Assembly (NCBI GenBank): GCA_016178505.1
Contig: JACOTG010000272.1
Span: 1 to 42,025, forward strand
Length of the DNA: 42,025 nt
Origin: Planctomycetota bacterium
GTDB lineage: Bacteria; Planctomycetota; JACOTG01
Reading direction: 5' to 3'
The position numbers and the translations under genes are program-made. Positions 17,462 to 28,400 of the stretch are shown here, one piece after another (position 1 is the stretch's first letter; each line of letters opens with the position of its first letter). The notes beneath the pieces are model-generated. The model made no database searches. It had not been told where the DNA came from and worked only from the letters and a program-made list of their open reading frames with translations.

Positions 17462-19201
17462 CTACTGAATCCGCAGCACGACCGCGTTCGTGACGCTGTA
17501 GCCGGTCGGGTTGCCGGCGCCGGAATCCTGGAGTACGCCTTGCACCGTGAACGTGATCGGATTCGCGAGACCCGAGTTGCGCGGGAGCGTCCACGGCGCG
17601 CGCGCCGGCGCGCCGCCAATCGAGCCGCCCGCACCGCAAACGGCCGCAGGCAGCCCACCACTGAGGCACTTGAACGGCTGCGGTCGCAGCGATGGCTGCA
17701 GCGGCGTCGGATTCACTGTGCACCCGAGCGTTTGGTTCATCGCGCGAAGATCGGTCTGGAAGACGGGTCCTCCGATCCAAATCCACATCCCGTACCGCCC
17801 GGATGCGGGACCCTGCGGTGCCGCGACGAGCGAGATGTGGAAGGCCGTGTGCGTCGGCACGGTCACCGTGCCGGTGGCCCCGTTGATCGTGAGGACATCG
17901 GCGACGGGTCCGGCGCCCGAGTTGACCGTGCCGTCCTTGCACGTCGCGCGATCGCGCACGAAGACGTCCCACCCCGCGTTCGGATCGTTCGAGATGAGGT
18001 TCGACGCGAGGCTCGCGTACGCGACGAATCGTCCATCGCCCGACACCGCCGCGCCGCGACTTTGGTTGTTCCCTTCGACGCCGTCCGTGCTCACGCTCGC
18101 GCGCAGCGTGCGGAAGAGCCCGCCTTGGCGGTCGTACTCGAACACGTCGAGTTCGCCATTCGTGTCGTTGGCGACGAAGTTGGTCGCGAAGCTCTCGAAC
18201 GCGACGTATCGTCCGTCTGCCGAGATGGCCGCCGCATCGCTTTGCTGATTGGCCTGCGTTCCGCCCGCATCGACCGTGATTCGCGTCGTCGTGTCGCCCG
18301 TACGATCGCGCACGTAGATGTCGATGTATGGTCCGACGTCGTTGGGGTCGAGATTCGTCGCGGAGCTCGAGAACGCGACGTACCGTCCGTCACCCGAGAT
18401 CGACGGCGCCGAGTTCGTCCCGTCGGATTCGGTGCCACCGGCGGCGACGCTCACTTTTTCCGTCATGCCGGCCGCAAGATCACGCGCGAAGACGTGCTGG
18501 AAGCCGTTCGAGGCCCCGGCCACGAGATTGGTTGCGAGGCTCGTGAACGCAACGAATGCGCCATTTGCCGAGATCGATGGATTCAGGCTCTCGTTGTTGC
18601 CGCTGTTCCCGAGGAGATTGATGCTCGCGAGAACGGTCGTCCCCGCAACGCGGTCGCGGACGAACACGTCGTTGCGTCCGTTCGTGTCGAGCGCCACGAG
18701 GTCGGATGCCGTGCTGTAGAACGCGACGTAGCGTCCGTCCGCGGAGATCGACGGCGCGTGACTTTGGCCGTTCGGGAATCCGCCGCCGATCGCGACGCTC
18801 GCGAGAGTGGTCGTGCCGCCCACGCGATCGCGAACGAAGATGTCGTAGGTGTTCGGAACGTCACCGGCGACGAGGTTTTGCGCGCGGCTTTCGAATGCGA
18901 CGTAGCGTCCGTCCGCCGAGATCGAAGGGTTCGCGCTGGCGTTTTCTGCCTGCGTGCCGCTCGAGTCGACGCTTGCTTCTGCGGACGTCCCGGTGTTTCG
19001 ATCGAACACGAAGATCCGCTCGAACCCGCCGCCGATCTGGTAGGCAACGTAACGTCCGTCAGCGGAGATCGACGGGCGCGCCGACGTCGTTCCGTTCGCG
19101 ACCGTGTTGAGCACGCGCGTCGTGACCTGAGCGTGGGCTCGGCCGATGAAGCCGAACGCAAGCGACATCGCAATCGAAGCACCGACGACGAGACGAGTCA
19201 T
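17462..19201 (-). CDS. Secreted TolB-like (PD40/WD40-like beta-propeller repeat) protein ending in the shared CTD (CTD family member B)
   Basis: Signal peptide MTRLVVGASIAMSLAFGFIGRAHA (Met at 19201; the ORF extends to 19270). About 9 repeats of ISADGRYVAF.S.A.NLV..DTNG..DVFVRDR follow. The C-terminus has ..LGCTVNPTPLQPSLRPQPFKC..GYSVTNAVVLRIQ. Confidence 0.8.
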   Translation of the reverse strand: MTRLVVGASIAMSLAFGFIGRAHAQVTTRVLNTVANGTTSARPSISADGRYVAYQIGGGFERIFVFDRNTGTSAEASVDSSGTQAENASANPSISADGRYVAFESRAQNLVAGDVPNTYDIFVRDRVGGTTTLASVAIGGGFPNGQSHAPSISADGRYVAFYSTASDLVALDTNGRNDVFVRDRVAGTTVLASINLLGNSGNNESLNPSISANGAFVAFTSLATNLVAGASNGFQHVFARDLAAGMTEKVSVAAGGTESDGTNSAPSISGDGRYVAFSSSATNLDPNDVGPYIDIYVRDRTGDTTTRITVDAGGTQANQQSDAAAISADGRYVAFESFATNFVANDTNGELDVFEYDRQGGLFRTLRASVSTDGVEGNNQSRGAAVSGDGRFVAYASLASNLISNDPNAGWDVFVRDRATCKDGTVNSGAGPVADVLTINGATGTVTVPTHTAFHISLVAAPQGPASGRYGMWIWIGGPVFQTDLRAMNQTLGCTVNPTPLQPSLRPQPFKCLSGGLPAAVCGAGGSIGGAPARAPWTLPRNSGLANPITFTVQGVLQDSGAGNPTGYSVTNAVVLRIQ

Positions 19202-19369
19202 GGCTGCCTCCTTGTGAGAAGCACGTCGCCTTTCGGCGATACCGGGCTTCGGTTCTCCTGGTGGAATCACATTGAGCGGCGGGCGCTCAGCCGGATCGAT
19301 CCAACTTCGCGCGCGGCCAAGATCGATGGCGGAGTATGCTCCCGCTCGCGCGCGAATCGCAATCGGAAA

Positions 19370-19846
19370 CTAGGCCGATTCGGCAGGCATGACTTGATCG
19401 TTCAGTCGATAGAACGCGTGATTCCCGATCACCGCGATGGGGATTCGGCCGCGCGCCCACCAGGGTTGCTCGTCCTTCCGGCTGAAGTGGTCGGCGCCGC
19501 GCGTTCGCCGCGGGAAGTCGTCGGGGTGGAACGCCATCTGTCGGACGATCTCGAGCGCGTCCGCAAACCGAGAGTGACATTTCGACTTGTCGATGAGCCG
19601 CTCGATCGTCGTCCGGTTCAAGCATGAGAACTGCTTCGGCTTCGTCACGACGTCGAACAGCGAGATCCGCGCCGCGATGCTGCGATTCAGGATCACTTCA
19701 GCCACCGCTTCCATTCCCACGCGTCCCTCACCGCCGGCTTCGGCGATGAGAACGGCGGCGATCGCTTCCTGCTCGTGCTCGTCGGGGAGTGGGGTGAGTG
19801 CAGGGCTCGAAAGCCACAGGACAGTACAGATCGCAGTGACGGTCAT
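19370..19846 (-). CDS. Secreted cell wall hydrolase of the SleB/CwlJ (Hydrolase_2) family
   Basis: The start is MTVTAICTVLWLSSPALTPLP (signal). The catalytic-domain signature is ..AIAAVLIAEAGGEGRVGMEAVAEVILNR.. The ORF-track 5' extension is Arg-rich and unlikely to be coding. Confidence 0.7.
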   Translation of the reverse strand: MTVTAICTVLWLSSPALTPLPDEHEQEAIAAVLIAEAGGEGRVGMEAVAEVILNRSIAARISLFDVVTKPKQFSCLNRTTIERLIDKSKCHSRFADALEIVRQMAFHPDDFPRRTRGADHFSRKDEQPWWARGRIPIAVIGNHAFYRLNDQVMPAESA

Positions 19847-20269
19847 CAGTCGGCAACTCCTCGCTACTCCAGTGGCGAGGCTTACCCGCACCGGGCGTGC
19901 CGATGTGTTCCCGCTTGCTCGCTGCCGGACGGTCCGTTCCCCGTCGCCGGGGAATCGATCGTGCGCGTCAGCTCGGGCGGTCGCGGCCGGCGCGTTCCTT
20001 CCCTTGTCGGCTCGACTCGCGACCCCTGATGTCACGCACGTTCGGCGGATGAAGCGGTGTTGCAAGTGCGACTGGGCCGGCTCGAGGGCGGTCGAGCATT
20101 CGAGTTACGGGCGAAGCGCCCCGACTCTTCGGTCTTTCTTTCCGACGAGAGGAGGAAGTTACAAGTCAATCGCGATCTCAAAGCGTTCGCGATGATCGCC
20201 TCTGGTTCGAACCTCACGTCTCGGGTCGAAGGTCAGAGGCCCCGTCGGGCGGGCGCGAATCCTGCCGCG

Positions 20270-22966
20270 TCAGTTCACGCGGAGGATGATCGCATTGGTC
20301 ACGCTGGCGCCCATCCGGTTCGCCGAGCCGACGTCGCGGATCACTCCCTGCAACGTGACGACTCTCGCCGAGCCGAGGCCCGCGCTCGAGCGCAGAGTCC
20401 ACGGGGCTATCGGCGGACCGGGGCGACTGCGCGCCGCGCCGCAACGCATCCCATTCGATCGGCCGCCTCCGACGCATTGCACGGGCTGCGGCAACTGGCC
20501 GGCGTGAAGCGGAGTCGGATTCGCGACGAGGCCGAGGCGCGTGCCTCGGCGCTCGAGCGCCACGCAGTTCCTCGGCTCGCCGTTCCACATCCACAGCACG
20601 TATTGGCCGCCGACGGATCCGGCGGGAGCAGCATCGAGGTGCACTTCGAGTGGTGAGCCGACGGCGGTGTTGACCACGCGCCGCGCGTCGCCCGCCGTTC
20701 GGTTCACGAAGAGAACGTCGGCGATCGATCCGGCCCCGGCGTTCACGTTTCCGCGTCGCACGGATGCCGTGCCTTCCCACCGCGCGAGGTTGCCCGCGAC
20801 AGCGGTCCCGATTCTCGTGAAGCTACCGCCTACGTACAGCGCCGGTCCTTTGCCATCATCGAAGGCGCCAAGAGCGCTCACCCCGAGCGAAGAAGCGTTG
20901 CCGTTGAATGCGTCTCCCAGTTCCGACCAGGCGACTCCATTCCAGCGAGTCACCACGAACTCGTACGCGGCGAATCCGCCGGCATGGAGGGCGGCGCCCG
21001 ATCCGTCGTCGAACACCGACAGCGCACCGATGCCCGTCGGGCGAGAGGGGTCCGAGGCGTCACCCACCACGGAGAACCCAGTGCCGTTCCAGCGGGCCAG
21101 CGCCTGCGCTTCAACGCCTCCCGCAGTCGTGAAGCCGCCGCCGACGTAGAGCGCCGGGCCGGAGCCGTCGTCGAAGGCAGCGAACGAATCAACCACGCCG
21201 GACGAATTGGAACCAACGCCCGCGCCGACGGGCGACCAGCCGTTCCGAGTCCATCGCGCGAGGTTCGACATCGGCACGCCGCCGACCGTGGCGAAGTGAC
21301 CGCCGGCGAACAGCGCCGACCCGCTGCCGTCATCGAACGAGCGTAGCGCCAGGACTTGCGTTCCCACTCCTGACGCGATCGTCCCGCCTGGCGAAAGCGC
21401 TGACCACGCGCTGCCGTTCCATCGGGCGATGAAGATCGCGCGGACTCCTCCCGCGAGGCCGAACGAGCCGCCGGCGTAGAGCGCCGGGCCCGTCCCATCG
21501 TCGTGAACGACGAGCGTGTCGACGGGACCGTTCATCCCGCTCGAGAGCGGCGACCAACTCGTCCCGTTCCAACGCGCGATGTCCGACGCGGGGACGCCGC
21601 CCGCCATCGTGAAGTATCCCCCGGCGAAGAGCGCCGGGCCCGTGCCGTCGTCGAACACGGCGAGCGCTCGAACGTCGCCGTCCATGCCGCCGCCGAGAGA
21701 GGCCCAGTTGCTGCCGTTCCAGCGAGCCACGTCGTTCAGCGCCATCGCGGTCCCACTCGAGAAATCGCCCCCGACGTAGAGGGCGGTTCCCGTACCGTCG
21801 TCGAACGTCGCGAGCGCGTGAACTTTTCCAGTGATTCCCCGCGTCACGGCCGACCACGACTGTCCGTCCCAGCGCGCGATGTAATGCGCCTCGGTGACGG
21901 GTTGGTTCACGCCGACGAAGCGTCCCCCCGCGAAGAGCACGTTTCGGCCCGCTTCCGGACAGGACGCAATCGTCCGTGCCTCGCCATTGGTGTTGCTCGA
22001 GAGCGCGGACCAGTCGACGCCATTCCATCGGGCGACGCTGGCGAAGCCTGCGCTGTAGAGCGCCGGTCCGCTTCCGTCGTCGTGGATCGCGAACTTGTTC
22101 AAGCCGATCCTCTGGATCGACGTCCACGTGTTCCCGTCCCAGCGAGATCCGACGTGAAGCCCTCCGGCGTAGAGTGCGGAGCCGGCACCGTCGTCGAAAG
22201 TAATGAGCGCGTTCACGTCGTCGGCGAGCCCGCCGCCGACTCCGGACCACGCAGCACCATTCCACCGTGCGACGTGCCTCGCCGAGATTCCTCCGATGGT
22301 GGTGAATTCGCCTCCGGCGAAGAGCGCCGGCCCCGTGCCGTCGTCGTAAACCGCGAGAGCGTGGACCGGGCCGTTCGCACCGCCCGCAAGCGGCAGCCAG
22401 GCGGAGCCGCTCCACTTCGCGAGATAGTTGACTCGCTCACCGCTCGATGTCCGAAATCGCCCGCCCGCGAAAAGCGCCGGTCCGGTCCCGTCGTCGAACG
22501 TGGCGAGTGCAAGGACCATTCCGTCGACGCCGTTGCCGAGAGCGGACCAGCGGCTTCCGTTCCAGCGAGCGACGCCGTTGGCGGCGACGTCGCCGGCCTG
22601 GGTGAAGCCACCTCCGGCATAGAGCGCGGGGCCCGTGCCGTCGTCGTGAACGAAGAGTTCGCGAACGGTCGCGTTGGTCCCGCTGCCGAGTGGGCTCAAC
22701 GCCGTGCCGTTCCACCGCGCGATCCGAGAGAGCGACTCCACGCCGTCCGTCACGAATTGACCGCCGACGTAAAGCGCGGGACCGCTGCCGTCGTCGAACG
22801 CGGCTGCCGCTTGGACGTCATCGTCGAGGCCCGGAGTCGCGAAGAGCCCTGCGGTCCACTCCCCGCAAGCGTCTTCCGCCGCGCAGGGCGATGACGCGAG
22901 CATCGCCGTGAGCGATCCCGCGATGAGCAAAGAACGACCGGGAACGCTCCGCAGAATCGAGATCAT
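20270..22966 (-). CDS. Secreted protein with about 15 tandem roughly 50-aa Kelch-like beta-propeller repeats ending in the shared CTD (CTD family member C)
   Basis: Signal peptide MISILRSVPGRSLLIAGSLTAMLASSPCAA. The repeat consensus is ARWNG(S/T)aWS.LG.G.NG.V.AL..FDDGtGPALYaGG.F..AGGv.A. The C-terminus has ..LGLVANPTPLHAGQLPQPVQC..GASVTNAIILRVN. Confidence 0.8.
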   Translation of the reverse strand: MISILRSVPGRSLLIAGSLTAMLASSPCAAEDACGEWTAGLFATPGLDDDVQAAAAFDDGSGPALYVGGQFVTDGVESLSRIARWNGTALSPLGSGTNATVRELFVHDDGTGPALYAGGGFTQAGDVAANGVARWNGSRWSALGNGVDGMVLALATFDDGTGPALFAGGRFRTSSGERVNYLAKWSGSAWLPLAGGANGPVHALAVYDDGTGPALFAGGEFTTIGGISARHVARWNGAAWSGVGGGLADDVNALITFDDGAGSALYAGGLHVGSRWDGNTWTSIQRIGLNKFAIHDDGSGPALYSAGFASVARWNGVDWSALSSNTNGEARTIASCPEAGRNVLFAGGRFVGVNQPVTEAHYIARWDGQSWSAVTRGITGKVHALATFDDGTGTALYVGGDFSSGTAMALNDVARWNGSNWASLGGGMDGDVRALAVFDDGTGPALFAGGYFTMAGGVPASDIARWNGTSWSPLSSGMNGPVDTLVVHDDGTGPALYAGGSFGLAGGVRAIFIARWNGSAWSALSPGGTIASGVGTQVLALRSFDDGSGSALFAGGHFATVGGVPMSNLARWTRNGWSPVGAGVGSNSSGVVDSFAAFDDGSGPALYVGGGFTTAGGVEAQALARWNGTGFSVVGDASDPSRPTGIGALSVFDDGSGAALHAGGFAAYEFVVTRWNGVAWSELGDAFNGNASSLGVSALGAFDDGKGPALYVGGSFTRIGTAVAGNLARWEGTASVRRGNVNAGAGSIADVLFVNRTAGDARRVVNTAVGSPLEVHLDAAPAGSVGGQYVLWMWNGEPRNCVALERRGTRLGLVANPTPLHAGQLPQPVQCVGGGRSNGMRCGAARSRPGPPIAPWTLRSSAGLGSARVVTLQGVIRDVGSANRMGASVTNAIILRVN

Positions 22967-23214
22967 CGGACTGTCTCCTCACTGCCGCGTGCAACTCGAA
23001 GGTCCAGGAATGTGGCTCGCCAGCGTTCGCGCGTTGCGGACATCTCCACGGTCCGCGACGCAGACAGCGTCACGCCCTCGACGAGCCGATGACGGGCATT
23101 ACAGCACGACGCGCGACTGGACGCCAACGATGCGCGACCGGCGATGGCCTGTCACGACGAGGCCTCGGGCTGCCGTCAGCCGTTCGTGGCGCACGCGCGG
23201 ATCGCGTCGCCCCA

Positions 23215-24309
23215 TCACTTGGAGAGCAGAGGAACACGCAACTCGGACCAGTCTGCGCCGCGGCCGGCGAAGCGATAGCGCGCGTCGCCGAGGTATGCCG
23301 TGTCGCCGCGGAACTCGGCGATCGGGAGGCGCGCGAAGGATCGCCACGCCGCCACCTCGCGCGTGTTGCGCATGGCGTCGAGCGTGAGCCGAGGATCGTC
23401 GAGGTTCGTCGCGACTCGCGCCACGAGACGCGTCATGCCGCGCGCCAGATCGACGCGCCACGCGTTCACCTCGGAGCCCGTGTGAACGGCGACCGTGAAC
23501 ACCCACGGCACGCCCGGCGCGGGGCTCGCGCAGGTCCTCGCGTTCTCGACGCGCGCAGCGTCGAGCGCACGAGCGCTCGCAACGCGGCTCCCCGCAAAGA
23601 GGCACGCGAGATAGACGACGAGCACCCCCCATGCGACCCGCATCGTGATCCTCGAATCGAACGGCGTGCGCCGGATCCACCGTGCGATGCCCAGCATCGT
23701 GACCAGCCCGCCCCAGACGACGCCGACCGCGATCGGCGCCGCGCCCCCGAAGGCGCTGATGACGACGATGACCGTCGTGAACAGAATGGCGACGTGCGTC
23801 GACAACTCCACGGCGAGACTCCGCGGTGCACCGAGCCACAAGCCGCCGCCGAACGCGAGCCAGATCCACGGATCCACGATGAACGCGACGTCGCCGTAGT
23901 ACCACTGCTCAGAAAACGGGAGCCACGGCCGCACGCCGTAGGTGTTGAGCCAATCGAGCGCGAAGTGCGACGCAACGCCGATCCCCGAGACGAGCACGGC
24001 CCTGCGAAAAGAGGCCGGTTCGCGTGAGCGACGGCACAGGATCCAAACGATCGCGGCGAGCACGATCGTCCCGACCGCGAGGCCGATCACGCCATGACTC
24101 ATGCCGCGGTGATGAACGAGATACCCGGCCTTGCCGTCCCACACGTTCCACGCAGCTTCGGCGTCGGGGAGATTGGCGGCAACGACGAGCGTGGGAAGCG
24201 CCCATCGACCGTACCGATCGAGCCCCGCGCGCGCGAGCGCGGCGCCGCACAGCGAGTGCGTGAGGTTGTCCACGCGACCGTCATACCTCAACCACTTCGG
24301 GGTTCGCAC
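23215..24309 (-). CDS. Membrane-bound metal-dependent hydrolase (YdjM/DUF457 family)
   Basis: The N-terminal ..NLTHSLCGAALARAGL.. and repeated His/Asp-containing TM segments are characteristic of DUF457 inner-membrane hydrolases. The exact start is uncertain. Confidence 0.65.
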   Translation of the reverse strand: MRTPKWLRYDGRVDNLTHSLCGAALARAGLDRYGRWALPTLVVAANLPDAEAAWNVWDGKAGYLVHHRGMSHGVIGLAVGTIVLAAIVWILCRRSREPASFRRAVLVSGIGVASHFALDWLNTYGVRPWLPFSEQWYYGDVAFIVDPWIWLAFGGGLWLGAPRSLAVELSTHVAILFTTVIVVISAFGGAAPIAVGVVWGGLVTMLGIARWIRRTPFDSRITMRVAWGVLVVYLACLFAGSRVASARALDAARVENARTCASPAPGVPWVFTVAVHTGSEVNAWRVDLARGMTRLVARVATNLDDPRLTLDAMRNTREVAAWRSFARLPIAEFRGDTAYLGDARYRFAGRGADWSELRVPLLSK

Positions 24310-24413
24310 GTATCCAGGCGCCGCGCTCCCGCATTGCCGTCGCTTTCCTGGATCTCAGCTGCCACCTTTCGCCGCTCGGCGGAATGGAACCGTTAGGAAG
24401 CACTCGCTAAATT

Positions 24414-25445
24414 TTGAGGAGTCGACTCGTGAAAGCAACTCGGATCCTCGTCACCGTCTCGCTGTGCTTGCTCGCTACTGCCGCGACGCGAACCGCCGGC
24501 GTACTGTCGGCCGCAGGATCGGCCGAGGGAGACGACGCGCACAGTCCAGGGTTTCGCCAAGGGCATTGCCTCGTCTATGACGAGGCGCGGCAGCAAGTCG
24601 TGTTGCTCAGCGGCTTTTCTCCGCCGAATGAACCGGAACTCGACGAACTGTGGAACTGGAAGGGGACGCGCTGGGAACGATCTCCCGGAACAGGACCGGT
24701 GGCCCGTACCTTGAGCGCCGCAGTGTATGACGCGCGCCGCAAGCGCGTCGTCCTGTTCGGCGGCATCGGGTGCAAAGGCGAGGGCGAACGCCGGGGCGAC
24801 ACCTGGGAATGGGATGGCACGAGCTGGACGCAAATGGCCGACACGAGCGTTGGAACGCGAGATCATCACGTGATGGCCTATGACGCGGCGCGCGGAAAAG
24901 CGGTGATGTACGGCGGGCAAACGTCCGATCGCTCGTGGTCGAAAGACACCTGGGAATGGGACGGCGCGAAGTGGTCGAAGCTGGCGACACCCGGCCCGGA
25001 CGGGCGCGTCCATTTCTCGATGGTTTATGACAGCAAGCGAAAGCGGGTCGTCCTGTTCGGCGGTTTTGGCGAAGACAAGCGGTATCACAACGACACCTGG
25101 GAATGGGATGGTGCAACCTGGCGCAAGGCAAGCAACGAAGGACCACAGCCGCGAGCCCGGCATCGAATGGCCTTCGACAGCCGCACCGGCCTCGTCATCC
25201 TCTACGGCGGTGACGGAATGAAGTCGGAGCCCGGCATGGGCTTTCGCGTGCTCGACGACATGTGGACGTGGGACGGCGCACGCTGGACGGAGATCAACGC
25301 GGCCGGGCCCGGTAAGCGATTCATGCACGCCATGGCTTATGACGCAGCGCGCGGCAAAACGATACTGTACGGCGGCGGTGACGGGCAGACGACACTCGAC
25401 GACACGTGGGAATGGGACGGCAAGAGTTGGTCGCACGTGAAGTGA
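24414..25445 (+). CDS. Secreted Kelch-repeat (galactose-oxidase-like beta-propeller) protein
   Basis: Signal peptide MRSRLVKATRILVTVSLCLLATAA. It carries six classical Kelch motifs (..VVLFGG.....DTWEWDG.SW..) with canonical GG, Y and W positions. Confidence 0.8.
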   Translation: MRSRLVKATRILVTVSLCLLATAATRTAGVLSAAGSAEGDDAHSPGFRQGHCLVYDEARQQVVLLSGFSPPNEPELDELWNWKGTRWERSPGTGPVARTLSAAVYDARRKRVVLFGGIGCKGEGERRGDTWEWDGTSWTQMADTSVGTRDHHVMAYDAARGKAVMYGGQTSDRSWSKDTWEWDGAKWSKLATPGPDGRVHFSMVYDSKRKRVVLFGGFGEDKRYHNDTWEWDGATWRKASNEGPQPRARHRMAFDSRTGLVILYGGDGMKSEPGMGFRVLDDMWTWDGARWTEINAAGPGKRFMHAMAYDAARGKTILYGGGDGQTTLDDTWEWDGKSWSHVK

Positions 25446-25479
25446 TTCACGCCGCGGCGGGTTTCTATTCGGAGGTGAC

Positions 25480-28400
25480 GTGATGGTTCAGTCGTCGTTG
25501 CTGTTCGCCGTGGCCTCGTTGCTCTCGCCGGGCGGCGAGCCGCAGGGCTACTACCGAAGTCCTGCCATCCACGGGGACACGATCGTCTTCTCGTCGGAAG
25601 GCGATCTGTGGAAGGTGCCGACGAAGGGCGGCGTCGCGACGCGCCTCACGTCGCATCCGGGCGAAGAGTCCGATCCGGCGATCTCGCCCGACGGCTCGAC
25701 GCTCGCGTTCGTCGCCGAGTACGAAGGCCCGCGCGAGATCTACACGATGCCGCTCAACGGGGGACTGCCGACGCGCCGCACGTTCGACGCCTCGCGGGTC
25801 GACGTCGCGGGGTTCACGCCGGACGGCAAGCTCCTCTATTCGACGGACGCGTACTCGACGCTGCCGCAGTCGCAGCTCGTGAAGCTCGATCTCGCGAGCG
25901 GCGAGCGCGTCGTCATCCCGCTCGCGCAAGCGAGCGACGGCGTCACCGACGACTCCGGGAAGACGCTCTTCTTCACGCGCCTTCCGTTCCAAGGGAGCCA
26001 CACGAAGCGCTATCAAGGCGGGACCGCGCAAAACCTCTGGCGGTTCGCCGACGGCGACGCCGAAGCGACGCCGCTCACTGCGGATTACGCGGGCACGAGC
26101 AAGAACGCGATGTGGTGGAAGGGCCGCGTCTACTTTGCGTCCGACCGCGACGGCACGATGAACCTCTGGTCGATGACCGCGGACGGCAAGGACCTTCGCC
26201 AGCTCACGTACCACGTCGGCCTCGACGTCGCGCATCCCTCGCTGTCCGACGGCAAGATCGTCTATCAGCTCGGCGCCGATCTGCACGTCGTGGACGTCGC
26301 GTCCGGCGCGGGCACCGCCGAGGGGAGTCCGATCGCGATCACGCTCACGTCGGACTTCGACCAAACGCGCGAGCACTGGGTCGCGAAGCCGATGGACTAC
26401 CTGACGACGGCGCATCTGTCGCCGGACGGCGATCGCCTCGTGCTCACCGCGCGAGGCCGCGTCTTCGTCGCTCCGCAGAAGCAGGGGCGGTTCGTCGAAA
26501 CGACGCGGGCCGGCGGCGTCCGCTATCGCGTCGCGCGATTCCTGCCCGACGGCAAGTCGCTGGTCGCGATGTCGGACGAGTCAGGCGAGATCGAGCTGTG
26601 GAAGCTGCCCGCGAACGGAGTCGGCGCCGGCGAACAGCTCACGACGGACGGCGAGGTGCTGCGGTGGGACGCGCTGCCGTCGCCCGACGGCGCGTGGATC
26701 GCGCACTACGACAAGAATTGGCGACTGTGGATCTGGGACGTGAAGGCGAAGACCGACCGCAAGATCGACGAATCGACGATCGCCGACTTCGAAGGACTGC
26801 GCTGGTCACCTGACAGTCGGTGGCTCGCGTACGTCACGCCGAGCGACAACTTCCTCGAGCGCATCAAGCTGTGGCGCGCGTCGGACGGCTCGATCACGTT
26901 CGCCACGACGGACCGATTCGACAGCTCGAGCCCCGCATGGAGCCCCGATGGACAGTGGCTCTATTTCCTCTCGGCGCGCCACCTCGAGACCGTCGTCTCG
27001 AGCCCATGGGGCAACTATCAGCCCGAGCCCTACCTCGACAAGACGACCAAGATCTACCAGCTCGCGTTGAAGACGGGCTTGCGCTCGCCGTTCGCGCCGA
27101 ACGACGAATTGCACCCCGCGAAGCCGAAGGACGAGAAGAAAGACGACAAGGACAAGAAAGACGAGAAGAAGGCGGACGACGCGAAGCCTCCGGTGCCCGA
27201 GGTCGTCGTCGATCTCGCGGGAATCGAAAAGCGCCTACTCGAGTTGCCCGTCCCGGCGGGCAACTACGCCAACCTATCCGTGAACGACAAGGCGCTCTTC
27301 TTCGAGCGCACCGACGTGAGCGCGAGCAAGACGAGCCTCGTCGCGGTCGCGGTCGGCAACGAGAACGTCGAAGTGAAGGAAGCCGTCTCGGACATTCGCT
27401 CGAGCGAGCTGTCGGCGGACGGCAAGAAGATGCTCGTTCGCAAGGGCGATGCGCTCTACGTCGTCGACGCGCCCGTCGGGCCGGTTTCGGCGGAAGATCT
27501 CGAGAAGAAGAAGGTCGACCTCTCGGCGTGGAAGATGTCGGTGAGCCCGCGCGAGGAGTGGCGCCAGATGTTCACCGAGGCGTGGCGCCTCGAGCGCGAC
27601 TACTTCTACGATCGCGGCATGCACGGCGTGGACTGGAAGGCGATGCTGAAGAAGTACCTGCCTCTCGTCGACCGCGTGCGCACTCGCGAGGAGCTGTCCG
27701 ATTTGATCGCGCAGATGGTGTCGGAGTTGTCCGCGCTCCACATCTTCGTACATGGCGGCGACCGCCGGCACGGATCCGAGGAGATCGATCCGGCGTCGCT
27801 CGGCGCGCGGCTCGTGCGCGATCCGGCGCGCGGCGGCTATCGCGTCGACCACGTGTATCAGACGGATCCCGACGAGCCCGATCAACTGTCACCGCTCGCG
27901 CGGCCCGGCGTCGACGTGAAGGACGGCGACGTGATCGACTCGATCGACGGCGTGGCCGCTCTCGCCGTTCCCGATCTCGCGCTGCTCCTCCGCGAGAAGG
28001 CGAACCGCCAGGTGCTGCTGCACGTGAAGCCCGCGAGCGGCGAGGAGCGCGACGTCATCGTGATGCCGGTCGACGGTGGCCGCGCGCGCGATCTTCGCTA
28101 CGACGAGTGGGAGTACACGCGCCGCCTCGCCGTCGACCAGCTCGGCGGGGGCGACATCGGCTACGTCCATCTTCGCGCGATGGGCCGCGACAACTGGACC
28201 GAATGGGCGAAGGGCTTCTACCCCGTGTTCACGCGCAAAGGTCTCGTCATCGACGTCCGCCACAATCAAGGCGGCAACATCGACAGTTGGATCCTCGAGA
28301 AGCTCCTGCGGAAGGCGTGGTTCTACTGGAGCGAGCGCGTGGGGCGAGCGCCGAGCTGGAACATGCAGTTCGCGTTTCGCGGACACGTCGTCGTCCTGTG

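Noticed and set aside
16292-19627. 1111-aa plus-strand ORF and 16425..17972 minus-strand ORF
   Set aside because: These are antisense or shadow frames across the Rieske and TolB-like genes. Their composition (R, A, G and D runs) is not protein-like.
21330-22894. Internal ORFs 21330..22415 (-) and 21503..22894 (+) inside the Kelch-like CTD-C gene
   Set aside because: These alternative or antisense frames of a repetitive GC-rich gene are Arg-rich. The 898-aa frame has coherent repeats and a signal peptide.
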